Assembly (NCBI RefSeq): GCF_000150275.1
Contig: NW_002060946.1
Span: forward strand, 6,114,597 to 6,178,596
From: Trichoplax adhaerens
Taxonomy: Eukaryota; Animalia; Placozoa
Direction of reading: 5' to 3'
DNA: 64,000 nucleotides
In this document: piece by piece, positions 1 through 13,510 of the stretch
How the letters are laid out: every line of letters begins with the position of its first letter
Numbering within the stretch: the first letter of the stretch is position 1
Program-made: the position numbers and the translations under genes
The notes under the pieces: model-generated
Seen by the model: only the letters and a program-made list of their open reading frames with translations
What the model was told of the DNA's origin: nothing
Databases searched by the model: none

Positions 1-2010
1 TTATGGTTAGTTAAATATACGTTTGAGAAATATTAAAGTAAATCATTTGATGAATCAATGAATCAATAAATCAAAATAATTGTAATCCAATGTATTTAAT
101 GTATCTAGCTCGTAGTGCGTCAATATGTATTCTATCATTTCGTCTATTCTATGGTATAATCACCGATATTATATCGGCTTGGAGCAGCTGGTTTTACTGA
201 TGCTTTGTTAATTTAGCTCGTACACCGGTAGTTAATAAATATCATACGGAACTTTTAAAGACAGTAGTAAATAATTTTTAAAATAGTTATAGTCTAAGAA
301 TTATAGAAGGCATAATTAGTTTAAGCGGTATACAATTCTGCAATTATATTCATACTTTCAATAGAGGTTTATAGTGATGAATCACATTCAATTTTATGCA
401 TGAATTCTTCGATATTGGCAGCAAAAACGATTTAGAAGTACCGTAAAACTTATGCTGATGAATTGTAACAAAAGATTATTACGATGCGGGTAACCAACTT
501 TTGACAGATAAATAGATATGATTATCTGTTTGCGAAGGAAAAATACTGGTTTGATGAACAACCGGTATTAACCATCTTCACACTATTATAAGTATATTTT
601 GATTTCAATTTATGTATTAAGCATACAGAATAAACTGAATGAAGTCTGTCAAAATCATGACCAAATAAAATGCTATGGAAGCTATTGCTAGAATTAAAGC
701 TATCACAACTGGAAATTACTGTGCCTGTTATAATATCTTAGTAAGAATAATTAATATTTTCTATGGGTAGCCGCGCCTTATTTAGATTCCCTGGCCTAGG
801 ATCTTTCATAAAAATTACATTCTTATGATAAGAAAAATTTTTTCCCACGGTTGTCTTTAGAAGTATTACTGACGTGCCGCAATGTTTAATTGAAATAGTA
901 ACATGATTACTTAAAATTTTGAATGTATTAATGAGATAATTGCTGAACTGAAGATAATATTGACTTTGTAAACTTTTTGTCAACTTTAATAAAAAATTTA
1001 ATAAAATATCAACGATTATATTGTACTATTAATAATGATTAAAATTCCGTAATGTTTGCGGTTCTCATATATAGTGCTGACTGCAATTTTTTGATCATAT
1101 TTTTACAAACAAGCTATCAGTTCAAATAAACTAGCATAAAATCCCGAGTAAGCTTTACTGTATTACAAGTTGGCATATACCTGTCAGATAAAGTGATTTT
1201 GGAAGCTGTATAATTAAAGGGACTAATATTACGTAAGTCAAATCAATCAAAATTTTCCAGTTCTAATTTATGATTCATTAGGGTGTCAATTGCTACAATA
1301 GCATTTAATGAATAAGTAATTTCTCCATAAAATGACTTTCAACATTCATAAACCAAATTTTGACGAAAGAATAGGAGGAAGGCCGTCATTTCAAATGATC
1401 AGCCAATAATAATCTTTTACATACTTTATAATTCATTATAATGGACCCGTTGGTTTCCTTAGAAAATATTTTACCATTATTAAATGTTATTGGATTGAAG
1501 GAACCATATCGGCTATCTTATTACATTAACAGTAACAAGTAAGTGATTCATGATGGTATTCAGTAGTAGAAATTTAAATTAATTATAGATCTTTATAATA
1601 ATCACATCGATTGAGATCATAACAAATACGGCTTTTTTGCTATTATACAAGCCAAATTCATTTCACACTATCACCAAGTTTTCATTCTTCATTTAATTCC
1701 CAATCAAAACTACTACTAATTATAAGTTATAGCTTTCTAACTCCTTTAGCACTCAAATAATCAACTTAACAACAAACTATGATGGATTTGCTGTTTACAA
1801 TCGGTAAACCCGGAAAATTTTTACATATTTAAGCAGAAAGTAATATCTTGAACTATCTAAAAATATCGGGAATCTTTTCATATATTTCAATCAGCCAATC
1901 AACTTCATTTTGACTCTAACAGCTCCTACACCATTAGCACAACAACATTGAATTCGTTTACCTCTTAAGCAAAATATTTTAGCGCGGTAATAATCTATTT
2001 TTCTTATTTA

Positions 2011-2348
2011 TTACGACTATTATAGAGCCGATCCAGATTTCAACTTTGTAAATTGATCATAATGTTTCAGTAATCATTATAGAAATCCAATTTTGGTAAT
2101 TTCATAGAGTAACTATCATCATGCTTTACATACTTTTCAATAAAACATAGCGGTCTTAACCAAAGTATTTTAGTTCGGGAATAATTAATTTCTTACTAAT
2201 TATGACTATTATAGAGCCCATCGAGATTTCAACTTTGTAAATCGATCATAAAGCTTCAATAATTAATCATTGTAGAAATCCAATTATGGTAATTTCATGA
2301 GAGTAGTTATCATCATGCTTTACATACTTTTCAATAAAACATCACGGT
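2011..2348 (+). repeat. Direct duplication, about 145 bp conserved, period about 190 bp
   Basis: gactattatagagcc...tatcatcatgctttacatacttttcaataaaacat occurs at about 2015-2148 and 2204-2342. Confidence 0.95.
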
Positions 2349-3084
2349 TCATAATTAGAATTTATACAGTATCTAATTTTCAAAGTTATAACAGACATTA
2401 GCTCATGATATAATGAATTTGTGGCATAATGATTCATGCTATGATACAGTTCCTAAAAGTTCTCAAGACTTGCAATCTTCGTTGTTTTGATTATTTATGT
2501 TGCTATGTTGCACAAATCACAGCATATACAAAATTTATAATAACAATCTTTAATGCAAGTTGTATTTTTGTTTAAATACAGTATATGGCATCAGTTAAGT
2601 ATTCTTTTACTCTCCTATGTTTTGGAGGCCGACAGTGTCATTCAAAAAAGAGCTAAAGGCAGATGGAAATAACATAATTATATACAATTCTGACAATTAT
2701 TTTTCTTAAAATATGGGTATTACAGCCTTACTATTTTGAGAATAAGAAAGTAAAAGCATGAGAAAGAGTGTAAGTTATAAAATATTATATAAAATAATTC
2801 TGTTACTTTTGCAGTTAGCTGTAAGCAATGATTACATTCTTTGTAGTAACGACGATAATATTTAACTTTTAAAAATATTAAGTGATTTAGTTAATTTGAT
2901 TGTTATACAATAGCCAAAAATTGGTCTTATTACCAGGAAATTAATGGAAACATTTCAATACAAACTTCGTAGCTGCTACAAGCAAAACTATACTCTCGTT
3001 TATGATCCATAGCTGCCCTAATAGCCTTTTATGGTGTATTCATGTAAAGGAATTTCTTAATTTATGCGATTTTAATTTTATTCT

Positions 3085-3640
3085 AGAGAATCATTTATTG
3101 CTATCGCTATATTTTATTCGGAAAGCGAAGAAAATCTGTCGACAAGAGTTATTTTTTATTTTAATATCTATAAGAATCCTTGTAGGGGCAGAAATATACC
3201 AAAATGTAATATATTTTAAAAATTTATCGAAATTTTCCATTTTACAATATTTTACGTAGTGGCGACAACTAATATTGCGCACTCTGTCTACTCATTTAAT
3301 CATTAGATAGCGATTATGTCAATTTCTTAAAACTTGAGTTATTGTTCTGAATGACTTTCTTAACATATTAAGAATTTTTAAATTATTACTATCCTCATAT
3401 ATCAGCCAAAAAACGAAGAATATCTAGTGACAAGAAGTATTTTAAAGTTTAGTATTTGTGGTAATACTACGACCAACAGAAGTCTACGAAAGCGCAATAA
3501 CTTTTAAACTTTTATCGAATTTTTTCACTTTAAGATATTTCTTGTGTAGTGATGACAATTATTTTATTTTATTTACTCTGTTTGCTACTTTAATTAATAG
3601 ATCGCGATTACGTCAATTTACTAAAATTGAATTACTGAAT
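3085..3640 (+). repeat. Old diverged tandem duplication, period about 290 bp
   Basis: cgaagaa.atct..gacaaga...tttatcgaa.tttt...gtagtg..gacaa...actctgt...gcgatta.gtcaattt occurs twice (about 3125-3345 and 3413-3637). Confidence 0.8.
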
Positions 3641-3669
3641 GGCATTATTAAAGCATTGAGAATTTTTTG

Positions 3670-4690
3670 CCTTAGTATTGACGCATTCTCATAGCTGCTG
3701 TGTATAATTAACTGCAATTAAGAAATGAATATCTCTTGAAACAAAACGTGCAGTATAAAACGTATGCATATATCTTTATAATATACGATAATAGCGATAA
3801 TTTTGATCCAGTAAAGATCGTTATTCTTAAGCTTTTTACTAATTCTATTCAAGAACCGTATGACTCAATTCTTATTTTCCATGGAAATGCTGTGAAATAC
3901 TGCTTAGTTTTTTACAGCCTGCTAACATCATATGAGGCAATTTTATTGGTTCAAACCGATGACGAGTTGAAAGTAATTTGTATTTATGTATAACGAAAAG
4001 CAGCTCTGTGCTGCTAATTCTGGCTATTAATAACTGTTTTGTAAAGTAATAAATGAAACCTTAGGCTAAGAATTACTGTGACTCATCGCAAAACATTCCA
4101 TTTACAGTTTAATAATTTTACTCAAGTCGATGGTGGAAACAATTTAATAACTTAAAAATTTCTCTATTATTAAAATAATTTCACTAGTTTAAAGCTTGAT
4201 TATACTAGCCGAATAGGTGCTTTTCCACTATACGGTATCCAGACACATTTGAATTTTAGATCCGGTTCTGATACAGTAATTGTTCATTCCTAAACCTACC
4301 AAAATGGTTGTTTGATCATTTGAGAGCGTGAGATTCTTATTTCCATGCAATGATGACATTGTCATGGAACTGACTTTACTATAGAGACTTTAATTTTTGA
4401 ATGATACTTCACAAGCATATCAAGCTTTAGATTTAGTGGGCAAAAATTTATTTTGTTTTCGGTGGTCTTAACTAAGGTGTTCTGTAGTACTGGATTATAC
4501 CATAATGGATTAAAATATATCAGTTACTAATGATTCTGCCATTTCGAAATAGCTTGGTAAGAGAATAATGTTATAATCTATAAGTCAACTCTCTGGACCA
4601 TGTATATCTGTTCAATTAGGAATTCTATTTCAACAGAAAAACTTCCACGCCTTGTAGATATTTTAAACACAGGTTTTCTAGAAGACTAGA
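3670..4690 (+). pseudogene. Candidate decayed class A GPCR
   Basis: Ordered fragments: ILIAAVYN*LQLR (TM1/ICL1), YIFIIYDNSD (TM2), KYCLVFYSL (C at 3901), IGAFPLYGI (4213, TM4 end), GCLII*, FLFP (TM5), YWIIP* (TM6), LWTMYICSIRNS (TM7). Confidence 0.4.
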
Positions 4691-5360
4691 ACTCTCGTGA
4701 TTATACTATGAACTGCGATTTAAAATACAATATACTTCTATGATAGTTCATAAGTCCTAGTTAGTACTATTACTATTGAAGCATTTACATGAATTAGAGA
4801 CTGATCTTACATTTACTTACCTAATAAAGGTCGTAGTATTGACATTCATTAATCACTAATGACTAATACAAAACAATCAAATTACACTATATCCATACAT
4901 GAAATGTTCTCCAGATACTCTATGTAAGGTTCGTAATATAAGTTCTAAGTTTTAATGAGATCGTACAAATGTCCACTTCCATGTCTAGGGATCAATACGT
5001 AATTGAGTATTATTATCATTGTGTGGTAATAGCTAGTTTATTGCCGAGACCCACGCCTATTTTCGGATTCCTACGTTACAGAGTAGTAATCTATAACCTA
5101 CCGTAACAATGACTACTAGAAGAAGACTTAATCTTCTTTCTAGTCCTTTCTAGTAGTCCTTGGCTATATGTTAGTCATAACGATTCCAACTGTGAGTAGA
5201 TTATTCTCAACCCCCTTATATGACTATTAGTTTGAGTATCACTCTCTCACAAAAAAGCCTGTGGTACATTGAAGTACAGTATATCTAAATTAGAAATTGA
5301 TTAAATAAGGGTAAGCAAATGAAATTGGCTTTACATACATATTTCTACTCTAATCTCTGC

Positions 5361-5393
5361 GTTACAGTGTTATAACACTTATAACACTGTAAC
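5361..5393. repeat. Perfect 15 bp inverted repeat with 3 nt loop
   Basis: gttacagtgttataa-cac-ttataacactgtaac. Confidence 0.95.
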
Positions 5394-7171
5394 ATCAAAA
5401 TCATATTATCGCAACAGTGTAAGCGTCTTGCTGTTAGAATAAATGCCATGAAATTTCCACGAGCTAGGCTAGTTTGTATTATAACATTAACAAAATATTT
5501 CAGTTTTACATATCCAAACATAACAGCGAATTGGGACTATTATTTTGTGATTTTTTTTCAACCGAAATGATAACAAGATAAAAATAGCTATGCTTCCTAA
5601 AGTAACTACAATAATATTGTTTATTTATACGATAGTAGAAAAAGGTAGAACCTAATGTGTGACTTGTTTGGTGTAAATGTTAATGTCTAGACGTAATTTA
5701 TATGGACTTTGGAACTTAAATATTATAGTAGGATCAGGCCTGCTGTGTTAGGATAAATATTTGTAGCACAGACGTAAACAGCGTAGCTATATAAGTAGAT
5801 TAGAAAATTGCTAGATAGATGAGAGATTTAGAACCATAGAGGAATATAGGATGGAACAGAAACCCATCGAAAGTGAGAGAAGATAGTAGGAATCAAGATA
5901 TATTAGCACAATCCTTTTAACGTAGAGAAATAATTTCTGTTAACTAAATTATCGAAAAATCCTCTATATTATTGTGGAATTTGAATCTGATTAGTCTAAT
6001 TAGATAAAATCAAGTTTCTTTACAGTGGGATTCCAATATCACTTTATGATCAACAAGATGTCGGTTGACTTAAGCGTTTAATGTTATGACATCTTCATAT
6101 CCAGCTAGATTGTCGCCTAAATTAGCACATTATGAGCGTAAAACGAGAAACGACTTCCTCAAACATTTTATAAATTCCGATTAAGCAATTTATAAACTGT
6201 AATTAGAATTTAGGCGATCTAGCGGTATATAAGAGTGTAGTATACTTAGATAAAATATTTTTATAAACAATAATCTTATTAATAGAAACAAATGTACATT
6301 TCAATATTAATCACAAGTCTTTATTTCTACCTTATTTAATTAATATTTCATAAACACTACTAGGTACAAATATCACGTAGTGTTATGGTTTTTCTAATGC
6401 ATTCAAATCTTTGTATTGACAGTAACGTCATACGATATCAATAACTAAATAGTTGAATATTATCCTGTATTGGTATGAAAGAGCAGATAACGCAAATAAA
6501 CACTATTAAATTAAGTGTTGTACAGTGGATTTACTTATTACAGAACTTATACAATGTTGGCGAAATGTTATAATTTTAGATCAATATGTAGTCGATATGC
6601 TTACATGATTCTAGGGATAGCATAAATCATATTAATAATTCCTTTATCATCGAATAATTTACCTTCCGTATTACAAAGTCGATCCTTTTACCTATGGGAT
6701 CAAATCAGAACACCAGTTAACCCATAATGACTGATATCGAAATTAATCAGAGAATTGAGAAATAATTGAACGCTGCAAATATACATATTGGATTTGAATC
6801 CATCCTATAGAAGACTATTGAAGACTTAGAATTGTGATAAATTTAATTTCCAGGAACATATGGTAGTATTTAATTATTAATATGGTACTCAGTGAAATCT
6901 TTAATATTAAATTTCAATTTCTAAAACAGCTTGGACTGGAAGCACAACTTTGCAAACCGTCAATCATTAGAACTTGATCATATCTGAATTTAATACAGCT
7001 TAAACAATATTTACAATTTTAAACTTGTTATTACAACTGGCATATTAAATATAATAAAGACTTACGTCTATTTTAATACAAAACCAAGAATAATTATCAA
7101 CATAATTTCTTGTCCTATATATTTTATTGTCTAAATTTTATATTGTCCAAGCAGTGTATTATTAATTCAAT

Positions 7172-7370
7172 GCTTTATTCAATATCTATTGGTAATTACA
7201 GGCTGATAATGTGAGCGATAATTATTAAGCAAGAAAGATTATAAATCATAACTACTATAATTTGATTATTAATGCACTACTTTATTCAATAATATTGGCA
7301 ATCATAGGCTGATAGTATGAGCGATATTTATTGAGCAAGAAAGATTATAAATATATAACTATCATAATAT
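7172..7370 (+). repeat. Tandem duplication, period about 107 bp
   Basis: tttattcaat..tattgg..aggctgata..tgagcgata..gcaagaaagattataaat occurs twice. Confidence 0.9.
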
Positions 7371-8292
7371 TATGAATTAGTGATAATTTCTCTAATAGCT
7401 GTTTTGAAGGTAATTCTTTTTAGCTTAAAATGGGCGTTTATGATTAATATTATCTAATAATAATACCATTAGTTAAAATAACAGATTTTGCTACGTAAAT
7501 AAGAAATAAATTCTTATCACAGAGATCGATACCGTGAAAAACTTTAAGAAAGGGCAAAACACTAATATTCATCAATCAAATTTAATAGTATAAAGATTTT
7601 AGCAAATACAATTCATTTTTAATTAAAATGTATAGATAATAGTACATTAGTACGATATTTAGAACATTCCATAAGTATTCTAAACCTTATTTTGAATGCT
7701 CATATTTGTTTAAAAATTGTGTCAAACTTTTTTTCTACATATTTTCTAAAGTTATATTATCATCAATATGCATTCTATCTGTTATTAGTCAAGGTTACTA
7801 ATTTTGTATTGCTATCATTGATATACTATAACAATGAGTAGCTTCTAGACATGGTTATGTAGCTGAAGTTGAGGCACGTAGAATGTAGTTACACTTTCAA
7901 TGTGATTAAAGAAGTAAATTGAAATAAGATCTAACACCGAGATCATCTTTTACCGTAAATTAAATTATCTGCTAACTCTAGAAATTGATTTTTCTATTTT
8001 TAATAAATCTGATGATATCCCCTAAACTGGTACGTTTATAGTACATAAAATGACAAGATTAGAATAATCGTTGATATTTTCTCTAAGGTTACTTTATACT
8101 AAGGTACATTAATCTGTTGACGTTAAGATATTAACCAACAATATTGAGTATAGTTTCAGTTATAGTTGCTGTCCTATCAAACCATTTAATCATTACCCTC
8201 TTATAAAGTTGGAATCTTGTATCTTTAATACTATGTAAACCTGTATTAAAGATGGCGTAATCAAGAAGTGATCAATATTAATTGTCGTTAAA

Positions 8293-9327
8293 TTAAAAGC
8301 GTTCGACAATAGTTGTGCTAAGTCCGGTTCGTGGGCCATGAAGACGTCGAAAAAACGAGAGAACACCATCACGTAAATTTTTATTGAAAAATCCGTAAAT
8401 AATTGGGCTAGCTACGGAGTTTAAGGAGGCAAGGTAGAATAACCATTCCCGTACATTAAGTCTATGAACACGTAAACCTAGCTCTTTATCTATAGTAGCA
8501 AGAAGTTGATAAACGTTATAAGGCGTTTGAAGTAATAAGTAAACTCCAACAACTATAGCTACAGTTTTAACTGCCTTTAGAGCAATGGATGGTGTATTCG
8601 TAGGCGAGCTTACTTGACTATCAGCTCTTATTCTAGATACATGATCTTTAGCAACCAAGAAAATGCGAATGTAAAATATAATGGTCACAGAAGTTGGTAA
8701 TAAAAACATTAAGAATGCCCAAAATATGTTCCATACTTGTAAGCCTACTCGACGATTGGCTGTCATTTCCGATAAAATGCAAAAATAAGGACATACGCGC
8801 CACCAGTGAATGATTAATGGCAGAAATGCAACCATAGTAGGTAATATCCAACAGACTAATAGTATAACAACGAACATAACAGACTTGTAGACGCTAATTT
8901 GATTGTACCAAAACGGTGACGAGATTGCAATAAATTTCTCTAGACTTATGGAGCATATATGAAAGTTCATACAACAAACAAAAGCAAATCGGATAACATT
9001 ATTAGACAGTTGGCAATAGATATTGGTAAATGGATGAATAGAATTTCCGATGACTATAATTTTTACCGGTAATATATAAATGAGGCAGTATAATACGTTA
9101 GCAACACATAAACTTCCAACTAATATACTACTGTAAGTTCTTAGCGAACGTTTGCACATAATGACAGCTACCAAAAATGCGTTTGGGATTATTATCGCTG
9201 TTAATAAAATACTCCATACGATAATCGAATCGGATTCGAACTTAGTCAGTGGCCGATTAACAATAGTAGTAAAATTTAATCGTAAAAAAAAGCGAACATC
9301 TGGACAAGTTGTATGAGTTAACGACAT
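8293..9327 (-). CDS. Single-exon class A (rhodopsin-like) 7TM GPCR, 344 aa (paralog 1)
   Basis: Uninterrupted ATG-to-TAA ORF with seven hydrophobic helices. Landmarks: PN (N1.50), SLCVAN (2.50=N), YCQL (C3.25), SISLEKF (DRY position), CWILP, FLLP...Y, QTPY, NSVASPIIY, helix 8 NKNLR. Confidence 0.96.
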   Translation of the reverse strand: MSLTHTTCPDVRFFLRLNFTTIVNRPLTKFESDSIIVWSILLTAIIIPNAFLVAVIMCKRSLRTYSSILVGSLCVANVLYCLIYILPVKIIVIGNSIHPFTNIYCQLSNNVIRFAFVCCMNFHICSISLEKFIAISSPFWYNQISVYKSVMFVVILLVCWILPTMVAFLPLIIHWWRVCPYFCILSEMTANRRVGLQVWNIFWAFLMFLLPTSVTIIFYIRIFLVAKDHVSRIRADSQVSSPTNTPSIALKAVKTVAIVVGVYLLLQTPYNVYQLLATIDKELGLRVHRLNVREWLFYLASLNSVASPIIYGFFNKNLRDGVLSFFRRLHGPRTGLSTTIVERF

Positions 9328-10259
9328 TTTGATTGAAGATCGATAGAAAAATCTTTCCTCTTGTTGCTTTGATAACGGAAGGAAGATTAGCTGCGAACGA
9401 ATATTTCAAAACCTTTTACTTTTAATGATTATAACGGACGATTGAAGGCACAACGTCGTATCGAGCTGTCAAGGATTGGTCTTTTAAATTTTATTTATAT
9501 CTGGCAAGGGAAGAGTGGAGTATAAGATATATGCTTATGTTAAGGTTTATAACGAATTAATTTCATTGTTCTATCGAATGATATCTTTCACTTAAAGTAT
9601 TTACTTCCAATGGTTGAATAGAGATTGTATTATCCGTAAGTAAATTGACTAAAATGCGTAATTAATATTTATATTTATTAATTAATGACCTTTTCTCAGT
9701 TATCTAGCCAAAACAATTGTTAAGAAATTATAACAATCCTATTTAATACAAAGAAGATTTCCTGTTTTGATATTTCAAGCTACTATTGAATTGCAATGGC
9801 TATGTATTATTTATAAATTTAATATCATATTCCGTTACTATAATATTAATATATTACTAAAAAATCCAATCAATTTTAGGGTAATAGGGATTTAAAAATT
9901 CTTTTATAAAGGTGAATATATAATCATTATAATTAGGCATATAAAATGATTTCAGCGGAAACTTAATGAAGCTGAAATTGAGTTCCGTTCAATATTTATT
10001 AGGACAATAAAATAAATTCTACGTTTAATTTTTAATGTTTCGGTGTGATCTAAATTAGGTCATGTGGTTGGTAAAGTTATATTATCAATAGTTGAATACC
10101 TTAATAATACCCGTAGTCCTTTGATGTTATAACAATAACTTATATTATTGGTGATGCTGATACCAATTTCAATACTATTTTAAGTCTGAGTTGTGCAATT
10201 GTACATTACGTTGAAAAGTAAATTTCGCCAATAGTACTATACATTGTATATATATATAT

Positions 10260-10357
10260 GTACAACTATAGTTGGATATTGTGCAAATATACATAAATAG
10301 ACTGTAGTTTGATATTGTATATAGTTCATATATATATAACAACTGTAGTAGGATATT
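10260..10357 (+). repeat. Short minisatellite-like repeat mixed with TA runs
   Basis: act(a/g)tagt..gatatt occurs three times, separated by (TA)n-rich spacers. Confidence 0.6.
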
Positions 10358-10681
10358 AGCTTGATTTGAATAATAGGTATTATTATGACCATTGAGCCAA
10401 ATGTTTTAACTAGAAATTCAAATCATGTATGTTAATTTTTATAGAGGCCGTCCGGGCTTGGCCTTGCATAGCACAACGATTATGTGACAGCTATCTAACA
10501 TCTCTCAATATGCGTGATTACATGAAAGCTTTTGAAGTGCAGTCACTGCTGAAACAATATGGTTGTAAACTTCACTAATTCGCATAATTAACTCAGAGGC
10601 TTTTGTTTGGTTAGACAAGTCTGATATAGTAAACACACTTTCATATAGCACTATCCACCGTACGAAATTATTTGGAGTTAT

Positions 10682-11510
10682 GTGGGAAGAATTGTACCGT
10701 CAATGGCTGTTGCTGTCCAAGTAGTAATGTTTATAGATTGTGCCTTTAACAGTTATTTGCACAATATTTAAATTCTAATGTACCATTAGAAGTAGCTAAT
10801 TATTGAATTTGGTGTTTTTTGAGTTCGTTGCTGTAGTGTATGCTTCTAAACGCGGTTTGCACTAGCCTATTCTAAGTAAAGATTAAACTTCCACTAGACT
10901 ATAGCATAACTCCTTACTTGTGCAATCTATATTTGACAATTCACATTGTGGAAATTTAATTATACTGTACCGTACTCTAACTTGATTGTATCGTAGAACT
11001 GTCCCCAATATAGAAGTAAGAAATTCTTATTAGCCATTCGTATTTTAAAAATGATAATTTGCTCCTGTTGTGCTTGTTACATTGGTAAAAGCTATTTTCA
11101 TGCATCTATCTTATTAGTTAGAGATATTAGTACACAGAGAGCTTGCATACTTTAGCTATTCTATTTTAACATAGCTATTCGATTAATCATGTTGTATTCA
11201 CGCTGTAACCTTACTCGGTTATCTTCTTCATATTAGCTCAATAAAGACTACTTTTCACTAGTCATTCTTTTGTATTTTAATTGCGATAATAACGGACGCT
11301 CAATCTTCTGAAACATCATTGTTGCCATCTAATTTATTTCATATTGGTACTCGGTGTGTATAGTGTTTATTAATAATCATAGTGAATCATATAAATCAGT
11401 TAAAATCATAATTGAATTTGACAACTAGTACAGTAAATCGATAGGCGTGAACAACATGGTTAGTGATAATAATTATATTGTAAACATTTAAAAAAGATTA
11501 AGAGGGTGAA
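10682..11510 (+). pseudogene. Candidate highly decayed class A GPCR
   Basis: AVQVVMFIDCAFNSYL (N at 10748), ANY/LLNLVFFEFVAVV (TM2), YLCNLYLTI (C at 10921)...LDCIVELSPI*, FILVLGVYSV (TM6), VNNMVSDNNY...KRLR (TM7/H8), in roughly GPCR-like spacing. Confidence 0.33.
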
Positions 11511-12324
11511 ATTTCTGAAACTTTAAGAAAAATTTAAATTTTCACGGTATTTAGTAGTGAAGATCTTGATAAACTTATAAATAGTGCACAGCTGCTTAGA
11601 TTGAACGCAGAAAGTAAGGAAAATTTCTGTTTATTTTATATGGACCCCAAAACTATTTCTAAAAATGAAGTATAAGAACGACTCATTAAGATGATTGCTT
11701 TGCTACCTTTACGAAAACTTGGATTAAAATACAAAACAACTACAGTATGGTGGATAGCCTAGACATCGTAGTAGTAGACACTCTATATTAGTGCTTCATT
11801 TCCATAGTGTGTTAAACTAATTATTTGCTACACGAATTCTCCTTTTTATTATACGTAGAAACTCCGTTATTAGACCTACAAGGTACGCACACTTGGTATA
11901 AGTTAAACTGGTTACATTGTAAATTATTAATTAAACTAAATTATGAATTGTGAGGTTATATAATTTAGACTTCTGAAAAACAAGATCCATCTAGCTATAA
12001 GTTATCCTTTCCATGAAAGCAGTGCAATTTATGCTAGGAGTGTTCCGACAGATATGATTAATAAAAACATTAAACTGTACCTATATTCATAATTTTATGA
12101 ATAGCTATGACGGAATGATTCATCAATAAAACACAAATTTACCGCCTACGTATGCTTAAGTCGTCCTATTACACAAAAGAATAAGAATTTATGGCTTTCT
12201 GTTGTATAGTAAACATCGTTTGGATATGACATAATGCACACATACATACTGTATAATAAAGGAGTAAACTTGAATTTCGACATAGCCCCTAGGCTACAAC
12301 ATTTCAAGTGTAAACTGAACTACA

Positions 12325-12567
12325 TCGGATATTGACTTAACAATGGATCTAATGGACGATATTGGTATGAATTGGGCTATTTGTCGCTTAGATGATGGCG
12401 TAGTTAAGGTGCTAAATGACCTTGTGTTCTTATTCCCTTTAGAAAAACGAAAATTACTCTCGTAATGATACAATATCATAAAACCTTCTATCGCTTTGGA
12501 TAAAGTGGAGGATGACAATGCATACTGGCCCCGTAGTTATACAGGCATTTTTTATGATAATGAATAA
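12325..12567 (+). pseudogene. Candidate decayed Death-domain coding fragment
   Basis: Single frame SDIDLTMDLMDDIGMNWAICRLDDGVVKVLNDLVFLFPLEKRKLLS**YNIIKPSIALDKVEDD resembles the Death-domain pattern IGxxWxxLxRxL...P..E...LLxxW...AL. The TGA at 12466 sits at the conserved W position. Confidence 0.42.
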
Positions 12568-13107
12568 CATTTTTGGCTTTAATGATGAGCCTAGTATTGA
12601 TATGGTGATAGATTAAATGGTCTTTATGAAAAATGTCATCAAGTGATGTAAATATCGCTCTATTTGATCTTTGTAAGCATAATAATGAAATATATGATTT
12701 AATTGATGTTGACAAGTTCAATGATTAATTGATAGTCAGTTAATGGTGCAATATCGTCTAATTACTTTATAAACTCTTTTTTATTTATTAATCAATATCA
12801 TGCTTTGATTGTGCCTAAAACGAAGCTTCCCGTACAGTTACATGGAGCATTTAGGTAGTATGTTTACAGCTTTACTTAAAAATTAGGGAATTTAGTGCTT
12901 GATTCCAAACCATTAGGGCTCGTACCAATAAGGCCCATAAATTTAACTTGATATTGCTTTATAGCAACCTTAGCCAATTAATACTACATGGCCAATTATG
13001 GATCTATTTCTAGAAGAAATAGTCAAATTCTTTCATCATCAGTTTTACGCGTACACAATAGCTATATGTATAGCCATACAGTATCCTCACATGTCTAAGA
13101 GTTCCTA

Positions 13108-13510
13108 TCACCGAATACTTTCTTTACGAAAAGTTGTAGTCGACCAGCATTCAATAATTATAATTGCTGGCTCATAGACTAGTAAAAAGATATACTTGTA
13201 GTCAAGTTCTTTCATTACCAGTTGTATATGATAGCTATACACATAGCCAGCCAGTACATTCATGAGTGTAACAGTTTCGATCACGGAATGCATTTCTTTA
13301 TAAATGGTTGTTGTTGATCAGCATTTAATAATTGCAGGCTCATAGACTAATAAATAGAAATAAATGTAGTCAAGTTCTTTCACCACCAATTGTATGAGTA
13401 TATGATAGCTATACGTATTGCTAATGTAACAGTTTCGATCACGGAGTGCCTTTCTTTACGTAAAGTTATTGTCGAGCAGCATTCAATAATTACTTGCCCA
13501 TAAACTAATA
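13108..13510 (+). repeat. Tandem repeat, about 2.4 copies of a 160-175 bp unit
   Basis: tttcttta..gtt..gt.ga.cagcatt.aataatt occurs three times; ggctcatagacta..gtagtcaagttctttca..tgtaacagtttcgatcacgga occurs twice. Confidence 0.95.

Noticed and set aside
5550-5950. Minus-strand hydrophobic translation (FLLSSLTFD, LFTSVLQIFIL)
   Set aside because: Too few ordered landmarks to distinguish from AT-rich noise. The same applies to 738-983 and to segments near 39.4, 48.2, 52.2 and 54.6 kb.
12294-12721. Minus-strand ORFs 12294-12518 and 12488-12721
   Set aside because: No recognisable motif. The first is the antisense frame of the Death-domain-like segment.
13108-13510. Repeat array as CRISPR-like
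   Set aside because: Whole units are similar with no unique spacers, and the context is eukaryotic.
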